The notes below the pieces were generated by a model that had not been told where the DNA came from, ran no database searches, and saw only the letters and a list, made by a program, of their open reading frames with translations. The translations under genes and the position numbers were made by a program. From NCBI GenBank assembly GCA_951406725.2, contig OX597815.1:128588001-128652000 (forward strand): DNA of 64,000 nucleotides, written 5' to 3'. Numbering within the stretch: the first letter of the stretch is position 1; each line of letters begins with the position of its first letter. The DNA is from Octopus vulgaris. Its lineage: Eukaryota. This document shows, one piece after another, positions 1-12,400 of the stretch.

Positions 1-199
1 ATTAAAATGTTCTTTGTCAGTATACAATTATCTGGATTTGATCAAATGAACATTCTCACTCATGGTTGTGTACCAAAATATGTGTATGTATATATGTAAA
101 AGGTGTTCAGACTAAATTTGACAGTTTGCATAAAAGGAAAAGAAAGCGCAGTATCCCATCCAAAAATAACTAGATTGTGGCTGGGAGATAAGTTTACTT

Positions 200-432
200 G
201 GAGTAACCATCATCAGCTTCCCACCACAGCCTCAAGACAACATCAAAATATGATACATATGTTCTTCACTGTATCCCTGGAATGATCTTCAAAAATCTCC
301 TTGACTTTGGCCACCTGTTTGGCTTTGGTGTTTGCAGGCAGAGTGGTTGGTGTCTTTTTCAACTGTGCTCTATATTTAGTAACCCATGGGATTACAGCCA
401 GAGGAATTAGGAGGCCAGAAATTGGGGATGAT
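200..432 (-). mobile_element. Degenerate Tc1/mariner-superfamily (maT/DD37D-like) transposase C-terminal remnant
   Basis: The minus strand reads IPNFWPPNSSGCNPMGY* ... NTKAKQVAKVKEIFEDHSRDTVKNICIIF*CCLEAVV. This matches the WPPxSPDxNPxDY motif and the terminal F..RL.AV...G motif of mariner/maT transposases; it contains stops and frameshifts. Confidence 0.65.
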
Positions 433-451
433 TCTGTCTCTTAAACCATTC

Positions 452-907
<456 letters not shown>

Positions 908-1010
908 ATTAATCAATATAGGGTGGCAAAAAAAATTTTGTAGAATTCTTTTGCCACCAGCGGCCTAGTAGGAAAAAATTAAATAGTCATAAACCATTTT
1001 TACGTTCAAC

Positions 1011-1244
1011 ATCACAATCAAGGAACGGCCATAATAGGCCATTCACCCACTAGAAATAACAGCCAAAAGCTTTAACCGCAAAATAACATTAATACCGTAA
1101 ACCAGGAGAAAATTGAAAAAACTTTTACCCTGTAAAAGGGTAAAAGTTTTTCAATTTTCTCTGGTTTACTATTAATGTTATTTTCGTTACTTTTGGCTTT
1201 ATTTCTAGTGGGTGAATGGCCTATTATGGCCGTTCCATTGTGAT
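1011..1244. repeat. Long inverted repeat (foldback), arms ~110-120 bp
   Basis: atcacaat...ggaacggccataataggccattcacccactagaaata...acttttaccc is the reverse complement of gggtaaaagt...tatttctagtgggtgaatggcctattatggccgttcc..attgtgat, with a short loop near 1131-1137. Confidence 0.9.
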
Positions 1245-1363
1245 ATATATATATACATATATATATAATAAAGGGTGAAATTAATTAATTTGGAATAATT
1301 ATCAATTACACCAAGTAGATTTCGGCATGTAAAAGCCCCATTCGAGGAAAATTTAAGTAATAC

Positions 1364-1488
1364 TAAGTAATTAAGGGTTTAGCACATTGCCTCACCAACA
1401 CACCGAATTTAGAAATAGCAGTCAAAGAGATATGACTGCTATTTCTAAATTCGGTGTGTTGTGAGGCATTCGTAAACCTAATTACTTA
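1364..1488. repeat. Inverted repeat (foldback), arms ~55-60 bp
   Basis: taagtaatta...caacacaccgaatttagaaatagcagtca / loop aagagata / tgactgctatttctaaattcggtgtgttg...taattactta. Confidence 0.9.
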
Positions 1489-1522
<34 letters not shown>

Positions 1523-1617
1523 ATATATACACACACACATATATACATATATATATATATATATATAACATATATATATACACACACACACATATATATA
1601 TATACACACATACATAC

Positions 1618-1665
<48 letters not shown>
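1489..1665. repeat. (TA)n/(CA)n microsatellite
   Basis: Dinucleotide tract read directly. Confidence 0.97.
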
Positions 1666-1666
<1 letters not shown>

Positions 1667-2737
1667 GAGTAAGAATAGCCTGGGCAAAGTTCAGGGAGCT
1701 CTTACCTCTGCTGGTGACTAAAGGCCTCTCGCTCAGAGTAAAAGGCAGACTGTATGATGCATGTGTACGAACAGCCATGCTACATGGCAGTGAAACATGG
1801 GCCGTGACTGCTGATGACATGCGTAAGCTCGCGAGAAATGAAGCCAGTATACTCTGATGGATGTGTAATGTCAGTGTGCATGCTCGACAGAGCGTTAGTA
1901 CCCTGAGAGAAATGTTGGACTTAAGGAGCATCAGTTGTGGTGTGCAAGAGAGACGATTGCGCTGGTATGGTCATGTGGCGAGAATGGATGAAGATAGGTG
2001 TGTGAATAAGTGCCAATCCCTAGCAGTGGAGGGAACCCGTGGAAGAGGTAGACCCAGGAAAACTTGGGACGAGGTGGTGAACCACGACCTTCGAACTTTA
2101 GGTCTCGCTGAGGAAATGACCTGCGACCGAGACCTTTGGAAATATGCTGTGCGTGAAAAGACCAGGCAGGACAAGTGAGTCCAGCCCACTTATGCATGCC
2201 TTTCCTCCCTTGGACACACAAAGACCTGTTGAGGCAAGCGAAGTCGATATCAAACCTCATCCAACGACAGGCACCTATGCCTACTCCCTTTGCTTGCGAA
2301 GACCTGTTGGGGCAAGTGAAATCGAAATTGAACCAATCCTATGACTGGCACCTGGCATATGCCAGGACCCCTGGACTGGAGACACGTAAAAAGCATCATC
2401 CGAATCGTGGCTGATGCCAGCGCCGCCTCGACTGGCTTCCGTGTCGGTGGCACGTAAAATGGACCATCCCAATCGTGGCCGAAGCCAGTGCCGCCTCGAC
2501 TGGCTTCCGTGCAGGTGGCACGTAAATTGCACCAATGCGACCGTGGCCGATGCCAGCCTCGCCTGGCTCCAGTGCAGGTGGCACGTAAAAAGCACCCATT
2601 ACACTCACGGAGTGGTTGGCGTTAGGAAGGGCATCCAGCTGTAGAAACATTGCCAGATAAGACCGGAGCCTGGTGCAGCCCGGTTGAACCGTCCAACCCA
2701 TGCTAGCATGGAGAACAGACGTTAAACGATGATGATG

Positions 2738-2738
<1 letters not shown>
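1666..2738 (+). mobile_element. 5'-truncated RTE-clade LINE: ORF C-terminus (1666-2178, one premature stop), 3' UTR and (GAT)n tail
   Basis: Reads [16 protein letters not shown]...[20 protein letters not shown]...IL*WMCNVS...ERRLRWYGHVARM...GTRGRGRPRKTW...DRDLWK, which are RTE hallmarks. Stop TGA at 1855-1857; ends in acgttaaacgatgatgatgat. Confidence 0.93.
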
Positions 2739-2808
<70 letters not shown>

Positions 2809-2818
2809 ATATATATAT

Positions 2819-2906
<88 letters not shown>

Positions 2907-3066
2907 CACATATATATATACACATTATATATATACATATATATATATACACATATATATATATACACATTATATATATACATATATATATACATATATA
3001 TATATACACATATATATATATATACACATATATATATATACACACATATACATATATACACATATA
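2739..3066. repeat. (TA)n/(CA)n microsatellite
   Basis: Dinucleotide tract read directly. Confidence 0.97.
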
Positions 3067-4266
3067 CCGACCAAGGAAATGACCAGAGACCGAGACCTAT
3101 GGAAGTATGCTGTGCGTGAGAAGACCCGGCAAAACCAGTGAGAACAATCAAAATCAAATCATATATCAGAAAGCAGGGGTTAAGTGACCCATCCGTTCGT
3201 GTCCGCTGTCAGCCTCGTCTGGCACCCGTGCCGGTGATACGTAAAAGCACCATTCGCTCGTGGCCGTTTGCCAGCTCTGCCTGGCCCCGTGTCGGTGGCA
3301 CGTAAAAGCACCATCCGTTCGTGTTCGTTGCCAGCCTCACCTGGCCCCGTGCCGGTGACATGTAAAAGCACCGTCCGTTCGTGGCCGTTTGCCAGCTCTG
3401 TCTGGCCCCATGTTGGTGGCGCGTAAAAGCACCATCCGTTCGTGGCCGTTTGCCAGCTCTGTCTGGCCCCGTGTCGGTGGCACGTAAAAGCACCATCCGT
3501 TCGTGTTCATTGCCAGCCTCGGCTGGCCCCGTGCCGGTGACACGTTAAAGCACCGTCCGCTCGTGGCCGTTTGCCAGCTCTGTCTGGCAACCGTGTTGGT
3601 GGCACGTAAAAGCATCATCCGTTCGCGTCCGTTGCCAGCCTCGGCTGGCCCCCGTGCCGGTGACACGTAAAAGCACCGTCCGTTCGAGGCCGTTTGCCAG
3701 CTCTGTCTGGCCCCGTGTCGGTGGCACGTAAAAGCACCATCCGTTCGTGTCCGTTGCCAGCCTCGGCTGGCCCCGTGCCGGTGACACGTAAAAGCACCGT
3801 CCGCTCGTGGCCGTTTGCCAGCTCTGTCTGGCAACCGTGTTGGTGGCACGTAAAAGCACCATCCGCTCTACCGTTGCCAGCCTCGGCTGGCCCCCGTGCC
3901 GGTGACACGTAAAAGCACCGTCCGTTCGAGGCCGCTTGCCAGCTCTGTCTGGCCCCGTGTCGGTGGCACGTAAAAGCACCATCCGTTCGTGTCCGTTGCC
4001 AGCATCGCCTGGCCCCGTGCCGGTGACACGTAAAAGCACCATCCGTTCGTGGCCGTTCGCCAGCTCTGTCTGGCACCTGTGCAGGTGGCACGTAAAAAAC
4101 ACCCACTACACTCGCGGAGTGGTTGGCGTTAGGAAGGGCATCCAGCCATAGAAACACTGCCAGATCTGACTGGGCCTGACGAAGCCTTCCAGCTTCACAG
4201 ACCCCAGTTGACCCGTCCAACCCATGCTAGCATGGAAAGCGGACGCTAAACGATGATGATGATGAT
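3067..4266 (+). mobile_element. RTE LINE 3' end (last ORF codons, expanded 3' UTR, (GAT)n tail)
   Basis: gaaatgaccagagaccgagacctatggaagtatgctgtgcgtgagaagacccggc matches 2114-2168; it has the same ggagtggttggcgttaggaagggcatccagc...ccaacccatgctagcatgg...gatgatgat tail. Confidence 0.92.
3190..4100 (+). repeat. ~60-bp minisatellite, ~15 units, inside the RTE 3' UTR
   Basis: The unit ccgtgYcggtgRcacgtaaaagcaccRtccgttcgtg..cgtt(t)gccagc...ctggc recurs every ~60 nt with A/B alternation. Confidence 0.95.
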
Positions 4267-4298
4267 ATATATATATACATACATATATATATATATAT

Positions 4299-4333
<35 letters not shown>

Positions 4334-4543
4334 TAAATAAATGTTTAAGTAGTTGACTGAATTATCCTAGTATGGATGATTCAGTTAACCGATACCCGGG
4401 TAGCAAATTTACGTCAGAAAGCACGGTTGAAGCTACATGCCAAGGGCAGAAATCACATGCTTTCTTGTGGAAATTTGTGTGTTTTTTTACTATAGATAAA
4501 TGAAAGAATGGAGTCGAACGACGATTTAACAAAATTCCTTTAT

Positions 4544-4624
4544 TCTCGACATATGTTTCGAAGACTGCATATTCTTAATTCCGAAGGAATGAAGGGTGCA
4601 TTATGCCGTCTTCTCATTAGGAAA
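4544..4624 (-). ncRNA. Mirror-arm hammerhead motif with a core mutation (CUAAUGA)
   Basis: The reverse complement reads tttc CTAATGA gaagac...gtcttc GAAAC atat GTC gaga; the G5>A change is predicted to inactivate it. Confidence 0.65.
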
Positions 4625-4760
4625 GACAAGGAACATATGTCAGCATCATGACGAACAAAAACTTTTAGATGACTGCCCGCACGGAGTCCATAGTGATAAT
4701 GAGTGTGGGCAGTCATCTAAAAGTTTTTGTTCGTCATGATGGTGACATAAGTTCCTTGTC

Positions 4761-4841
4761 TTTCCTGATGAGAAGACGGCATAATGCACCCTTCATTCCT
4801 TCGGAATTAAGAATATGCAGTCTTTGAAACATATGTCGAGA
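4761..4841 (+). ncRNA. Type I hammerhead ribozyme motif (minimal stem III, PLE-type)
   Basis: tttc CTGATGA gaagacggcata...tatgcagtcttt GAAA C atat GTC gaga. Intact CUGAUGA/GAAA core, long stem II, palindromic ACATATGT stem III, GUC cleavage triplet at 4835-4837, 4-bp stem I. Confidence 0.8.
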
Positions 4842-4888
4842 ATAAAGGAATTTTGTTAAATCGTTGTTCGACTCCATTCTTTCATTTA

Positions 4889-5117
<229 letters not shown>

Positions 5118-5964
5118 GACATATATTTCTTTATTTGCTTCAGTCATTTCACTGCGGCCATGCTGGAGCACCAGCTTTAATCGAACAAATCGACCCCAGA
5201 ACTTATTCTTTGTAAGCCTAGTACTTTGGTTAGCCCTAGTCTATAACTGAAGACATTAGGCCAGGGTGCCATTTAGTGGGACCGAACTTGAAATCATGTT
5301 TGAGAAGCAAGCTTTTTAGGTACACAGTCATGACTGGGCCCAAGGCAAGGTATATATATATATCTTACCTTGTGTTTTCAGCTCCTGTTGAAGTCATAAG
5401 GTTACTGTTGAAACAAAAAGCATATCTTGGGCATCTGTAGACCTGGCAGAACCAATTTCTCCATGGTTAACCAACCAATTTCTTCAGAGAGTGGGAGGGA
5501 GAATGTGTGAGTGTGTGTATAGAAGAATCAACTGCAATACCTGACTGGTATTTTATTTATTGACCCCCAAAAGAATGAACGACACAGTTGATTCCCATCA
5601 GTGGGTCTTGAATTTAGAGCACTGACAGCTGGGATGAATTACAGCTAGACAATCTATCCAATGCTCCAATAATTCTGCCAGTTCACTTTCTGTGTGTGTT
5701 TATTTTGTGTTCCAAACACATTCAAGTATTCAATAGGCCCATGTGTCAGAAATGTAGAAAGTGTGATATGTAAGGTTGAGGATTATATTTGCCATATTTC
5801 TAAGCAATGGTTGTTCAGTTGGCTTTTTGGTTGACTGTACAGATAAGAAAATTGAGAATGTGTGTTTGTGACTACTCGGAATTTCATTTTTCCAATCATC
5901 AGTTGGCTCAGTTGCCTGAGTATCAGTAATGTGAAAATCTAAGGAGCAACACCTACTTATTTAA

Positions 5965-6335
5965 CTTCTTTTATCTTATTTGACTGCAGCCAAGCTGGAG
6001 CACCACCTTGAGGGGTTTTAGTTGAACAAATCAGTCCTAGGAGTTATTTTTTTAAACCTTTTTATTTGATTGGTCTCTTTTGCTGAACTGTTAAATTACA
6101 GGGATGCAAACACTCTACCATTGGTTGTCAAGCCGTGATGGGAGATAAGCACACACACACACAGCTATACACATATATATGATAGGGCTTGTTTCAGTTT
6201 ACTCTCTACCAGATCCACTCACTAGGCTTTGGTTGATTCAAGGTTATAGTAGAAGACACTTGCCCACAGTGGTACTGAACCTGGTACTATGTGGTTGAGA
6301 AACAAGCTTCTTACCACACAGCCATGCCTGCGCCT
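5965..6335 (-). mobile_element. tRNA-derived SINE (octopus-type), near full length
   Basis: Minus strand: aggcgcaggcatggctgtgtggtaagaagcttg...ggttcagtaccactgtgggcaagtgtcttctactata...ggtggtgctccagcttggctgcagtcaaa; the same family occurs many times in the window. Confidence 0.85.
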
Positions 6336-6779
6336 TCAAATAATTATTTCACACTACTTCACAATATTGAGTATTTTTCCTTATCTAATTGCAATTACAT
6401 GGCTATTGTCTCCGTCACTATCACTGCCATCATCTCTTCCTTTCTGCTGCTGCCAATGCCAAGTCTTACCTGATTATGAGTAAGGTAGTTTTAATTGTTT
6501 TTGTTTTTTTACTTCACTGGTCTTTTGCACATTGTCCAACCAAACTGTAAGACATTAACAGACTAACAGACATTACCAGTGTTCAAATGGTGTTGATGCA
6601 AAGCTAATCAGATGGACACACTCACACACATTCACCTATATGATCAGTCTTCACAAGTTTCGTCTCTCCCTGAGACTGTTGTAGAAGGCAGGTGCCTATA
6701 AGGCCATGCAGTGGAATCAAAGCCACATGACTGCAAAGCAAAATTCTTAACCATGCCACTGTGCCTATATCTATCTGTC

Positions 6780-6826
<47 letters not shown>

Positions 6827-6883
6827 GTACATACATACATCATATACATTTGTTTATTTATATATGTATATAATTTTAGATTG

Positions 6884-6917
<34 letters not shown>

Positions 6918-7191
6918 ATGTGCGTGTATGTATAAGTTGGAATTTGGGTGTGCTATGTTGTTTAATATGAAATAAATTCTATTTTAGGATCTTTTGATAA
7001 CTTAATATGATTTTGTGAGCAAAGGTTTTGATCATTTAATGAAATTTAACTTCAATTGAACCTGTTATGTATCAGTATCAATATCATTGTTACAAAGCTC
7101 CCATCCACACTCTGACCATATTTTTATTTATGTATAAACTAATGTGATGATAATACATATACATGTGTGTGTGTGTGAACTAACATAAGTG

Positions 7192-7231
<40 letters not shown>

Positions 7232-7289
7232 ATGTTATCTAAGTGAATAGCTATTTTACTATTTCTATATTTCTATCTCTGTAAATTTT

Positions 7290-7785
7290 TCTTCTCTCTC
7301 TCTCTCTCTCTTCATCTCATTCCACCCTTATATTTCCCCCCTTCTGTCTGCGTATCTCTATGTCTCTGTCTATCTATATAAACTCTCTCTCTCTCTCTCT
7401 CTCTCTTTGTGTCTTACAATCACCCCATCTCTCTGCATCACTTCTCCATCACTCTCCATTTCATTCCCACCTCATGTCCTCTTTTCATCTCATTTTTCTG
7501 ATTCACTCTCTTTTTGCTTCATTTCTTCCTTTCTCCATCTTATTTCTCTTTCTCCCATCACTTTCTTACCATATTCTATTTTTCTTCTCTCTTCAGCTCC
7601 TTCTTACTGTCTGTCTCTTACCTCTCTATCTAATCCCTTCTGTCTCATCTTTTCTCTTTCCCTCCTCATTTACTATTTCAGCAATGTTTACTTGCATTTC
7701 ATCTCTCTCTCTCTCTCCCTCCCTCCTCTCTCTCTCTCTCCCTCTCTCTCCCTTTCGCTCTCTCATACACACACACACATGCATA
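7290..7785. repeat. CT-rich low-complexity / (CT)n tract
   Basis: Pyrimidine-rich with several (CT)n runs; explains the L/S/F-rich ORFs 7360-7917 and 7407-7799. Confidence 0.85.
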
Positions 7786-7932
7786 TGCAGTCATCCTAAG
7801 TGCATTAAGTCTGCTGTTAACTGCTGTATGACATCCACTTTTGTCAGGGTTTCATCATTGCTGCGTATTATCGTAACTACCACCTCCACCATCACCTTAA
7901 CTATCTTATACATCTGACAGTTACCTCAACAC

Positions 7933-8001
<69 letters not shown>

Positions 8002-8399
8002 ATGTACAAGAGAGAAAGAGATACTATTTATATAAACAACTACTGGTGGTAGTGGGTCATATTATTTTGTTTCTTTCCTACTTGACCTGTTTATCAGAGT
8101 ATTGTAAAGGGATGCTTTCAGACAGAGAAAATAAGAAGTAGACACTTTGTGTATGTGTATGAGTTCACATGTATGTTAGCTATGTCTTTGTATGGATGTG
8201 AAGTTCTACAATTGCAGCAGTTTTTAACCTGGTTTTGTTCAGTTACTTGTTGTTTGCAAAACTTTCCTTGACAAGAGTCCTTGCTATTGCAAAATGTATT
8301 TCAGTCATAGAATAGAACATGGCTGCTGTAGTGATATATGGACAATTGCTCACTCTGCCTGTACTATTACATATAATGAGGTTAACCAAGTCGGAGACA

Positions 8400-8870
8400 G
8401 ACGCTTAAGGCAGCAAAGTTTTTAGATGATCCAGAATCTTTTATTTTTCTTCGAGTACAATTGATTGGTTGATAAAAACCAGTTTTAGAAGCTCTGCTTC
8501 TGTGTCATCTTAGATTGCAGAGAATTTAGAGAATGAACCAATGTGCTTTGAGCTTTAACAAGAAATCATTTTCCAGTTCTTGTTTTTGCTTCAGATGCAA
8601 AAATTTTTGGTTTGTCTGAGGTGATAAATCTTTCTTTAGGTTTAGGTATTTTTTCAACAGTATCCATTAAATCCTGAATTGGTGTAAGATGTAGGACATG
8701 TTTCAGTTTTGTGATTACATTGATATCATATAATGCAAGGAATTTTGACTTAACTAGTTTAGGCTTAGCACCATCCATAAGCAGTTTTGTGTTGATCAGT
8801 ATTAGACATGTATCTGCTTCTTCAGCATTAAGATTTAGGTTTTTAATAAGCTCCATCCATCTTAGTGTTG
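8400..8870 (-). pseudogene. Decayed coding remnant, possibly LTR-retrotransposon gag
   Basis: A 96-aa ORF (8566-8856) with protein-like composition continues after frameshifts as KQKQELENDFLLKLK (resembles the gag major-homology-region pattern Q...E...F..RL) and DDTEAELLKLVFINQ. Confidence 0.35.
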
Positions 8871-9271
8871 TTAGTTAATGATTAGAGTTGTAAATCTATA
8901 AATCTTTGTTACAAATTTGTGGTGCATTTGATAATTAAAATAAGTTCCTGGCATTAAGAAAGAGAGAATAAATCTGCATGTGATTAATTAATTTCATCAC
9001 CCCACTTTTATAATCCTTGCATAAGCTAAGGTAAATTTTTATACTGCTGTATGTTCTTTCTGTTGCTAACCCTTACCTATTTCCAAGCAAAGTAATATTT
9101 CGCCTACTCCTTAGAACACAAACACTATGATGGCTGGGCATACCTTCATATAAGATTTGCAAATGAATGGTGCCACTTGTATGATATTGACATTTGCTTA
9201 CAATTAGTATGTAATGTCAAGTCAATGACACAAACACACATACACACACCATCATCATCATCACCATTTAA

Positions 9272-9490
9272 CCCTTTAGTGTTCAGATTATTCTTTTAAC
9301 TTTAATGCTTATATATTCACATTGTTTTGAATTAGTCATTCATTATCTCATAGCTTTGAAATTTCAATGATGCGATTGCTTACTTTTAGAATGACATTGG
9401 AGAGTAAGTGTAAGAGGCTGGATCTGGGTGGCATGAACATAAAGCAAGTTGAATATTTGAGCTGTGTATGACCATCTTAAATACTAAAAG
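9272..9490 (+). mobile_element. TTAA-flanked non-autonomous DNA element (piggyBac-like MITE, family B)
   Basis: ttaa|ccctttagt...actaaaag|tttaa; homologous copies lie at 40790-41009 and (inverted) 53955-54170. Confidence 0.6.
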
Positions 9491-12400
9491 TTTAATGCCT
9501 GTTTTTCATACTGGCATGGGTTGAACAGCTTGATAGGAACTAGTGAGCCTGAAGACTGATCTCAATTCCACTGTCTGCTTTGGTATGATTTCTTCCGTTA
9601 GATGCACTTACTAATGCCATACATATCATAGGCTTCTTTCAGTGTCTGCAAGGCTTTGGTTAGCCTGGAGTTATAGTAGAGGGTATTTTCCCTAGTTGTT
9701 GCACAGTGGGACCAAACCTGTAACTACTCAGTTGCAAAGTAAACTTCTTAATTATACATCCATGTATGGACCTGTTTAGCTGAGTAAATTGAGGAATGAG
9801 TAATAGAGAATGGACTAAATAACTGATGTAATTGTGTTTCATGGTTCAGTGTGTGTGTGTGTGTAGATAAATAGATCTTGATGGAATATAGAATAAAATA
9901 AGCAATTATGTAATATAACACTGTGCACTGATACAAGTTTGGGCTTGTGTCTTGGTGTGGTTCTGCGTATATATATGTTTCACAATCTGTGAAATTTCAT
10001 CTGGGCGCATGTTGGTGCATGCTTCACTTGCAGTTGTCTGTATTCTAAATCTGCTTGTTTGTCTGTCTACCTGTATTTTGTTTACGTTCATGTTGGTGTT
10101 TATGTATGTCTGGTGAGTGTGTGTACCTTCATACAAATGAGAGTCAGTGAATTACTAGAAATACAGAATGAGTTTTCAAAATTGAATATTTTCCCTGAAT
10201 CAAAACGTTGGAAATAGTATTAGCGTAAATTCATAGGAAATTTTCAATAGGTGTTGTGGCAAGAATGTTTGTGCTGCAACTGCCATTATTGGATTTTCCT
10301 TGTTTCTGTTATTTTGCAAATCATCCAAAGAATGCACACAATTTTTTGAGAAGTAGAAAGATTTGATATCGACACAAAATAATAATATTTGTTACTGAAT
10401 AGAATCATTTCTATTGGACATTAGGTTGTATATTCTTGTAATATTACATAATTAAATCTGAGAAGTCTTTTTTTTTTGGTTCTTATCAAAGCCATCTTAT
10501 GAGGTTTCAATACTGACGGCTTAATCCTCAACAAAATAGAGGAATTTTCCTAATTTGAAACTGAGAGAAAAATTAAGAAACTGAAAGGATTTCATATTTG
10601 AAATCAGATAGATTCTGGTAGTGATGGTGGAGGTCGTGATGGGGAAGCAGGAATTGAATTGAAAGTATTATGAAACCAAAATTGACATTCCAAGCTCAAA
10701 TAGAAATTCTTGGGGAAAATAAAAATGATTGTAGATTGATATTCATCACAACCTCACCACCACCACCATGAACACCAACACTACTAATTTCAGTTTTATG
10801 AAAATATCTTTTAATCATTTACAATTGGAAGATAGCCTTTAAAAAATAGCTGTTAAAATGAAACTAATTGAAATTGCCTGTTTTCCTAGTCTTACAATCT
10901 TATGATCTGTGTTGTTGTTTAGCTCCTAGTCAGTCCTAATTGAACAGACCTATCCTGTGATCAAAGTTCCTTTTATTAAGACAGTAGAGTATGATTTGAA
11001 AGAGTTAGGGCTGCTTTTTCTTGAAATTAAGGGATATATTTTCTCAAATGTTTATTCATTAGAATATTTGTAGGCATTTGTCTCCCCTTAGAATTGTCAA
11101 CATACTTTTAGTTGATTTGTTATAACTGTATTATTTCATGTTCAAGATTCACAATAATTTTGTTTTTTAACCATGAGAAAATATACATACACAAACATAC
11201 ACTCACACATATGACTCACAAGTTGCAGTTTAGTATTGATAGTGTTATTGATATTGGTATATTATCAGTCATTATTTGATATATCCAGTATTTAAGACTA
11301 AATCAACTCACTGCTCCATTGAGATTTGAACTAGAAAGTAGATGGACAAATCTGAATACTTTAAGGTGCCCCTGGGTAGTAGGGGGCCATGATGATTGAG
11401 ATGCAAGTTGAAAAATTGCCATGTTTACTAAAATTAGATAGATTTTTAAACTTTTAAAATTTGTCAAAGACTATAGTGAAAAAAGAAGTATTATATAAAG
11501 CAAACTCTATTTTGTCTTTTTATTAAAGAGTTGGGAGTGTTAAAGTTTCCTTAATTTAGTCAGGCAGAGGGTTCTGGTACTTGTCAGTATGAGAATCACT
11601 TTATTTTTAAAGGCACACATTATCATCATCATATGCCCATTTTCCATGCTGGTATGGATTGAATGGTTTGACAGGAGCTGGCAAGCTGGCTCCAGTCATC
11701 TGTTTTGGAAAGGTTTCTATGGCTGGATACTCTTCTTAATGCCAACCATTTTACAGAGTGTGCTGGGTGCTTTTTACTTGGTGCCAGCATGAGTGCCTTT
11801 AATGTGGCACCTGCACAGGTGCTACTTATGTGACTTTGGCATAAGTGCTCTTTATGTGGCACCAGCATGGGATATTATTTTCATGGTGCCAGCACGAGAT
11901 GGTACTGAAAAATATATAAGAACAATAATAGTTTCTGATCTAAGTACAAAGTCAAATTTTGAGGGGAGAGGTGATTCATTACCATTGACCCTGGTACTTG
12001 ACTGGCATTTTATTTTATCAACTATGAAAGACAAAGTTGACCCCATCAAAATTTGAACACAAAATGCAAAGAATCGAAAGAAATACTATAGGCCATTTTG
12101 TCTGATGCTCTAACAATTAACCAATCCACTACTCTGAGTGGTTAGCATTAGGAAGGGCATCCAGCTGTAGAAACCATGCCAAATCAGACTGTAGTCTGGT
12201 GCAGCCTTCCAGCTTGCCGGCCCTGGTCAAATGCCCATCCCATTGCTGCATGAACAACGGATGCTAAATGATGATGATGGTGAATGGCTTCTGATTTATG
12301 CATAAGGGAAGGAGTAGATACCATTCACTCCAATACTTGACAGTACTTCATTTTATTGGCCCCGAGAGAATGAAAGGCAAAGTTAACCTCAGCAGGGCTT

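Noticed and set aside
3190-4100. CRISPR-like array of palindromic repeats
   Set aside because: There are no unique spacers; whole units repeat, they lie within an RTE 3' UTR in animal DNA, and there are no cas genes.
3337-4220. 170-201 aa minus-strand repetitive ORFs (also 45256-45700, 63270-63668)
   Set aside because: Antisense readings of the GC-rich RTE UTR repeat; open in several frames, with no domain.
7360-7917. 185-aa hydrophobic 'membrane protein' ORF
   Set aside because: CT-rich low-complexity DNA.
8098-8141. Possible fourth ES-type exon (EYCKGMLSDRENKK)
   Set aside because: The acceptor is plausible, but the frame hits TAG and no phase-1 GT donor follows.
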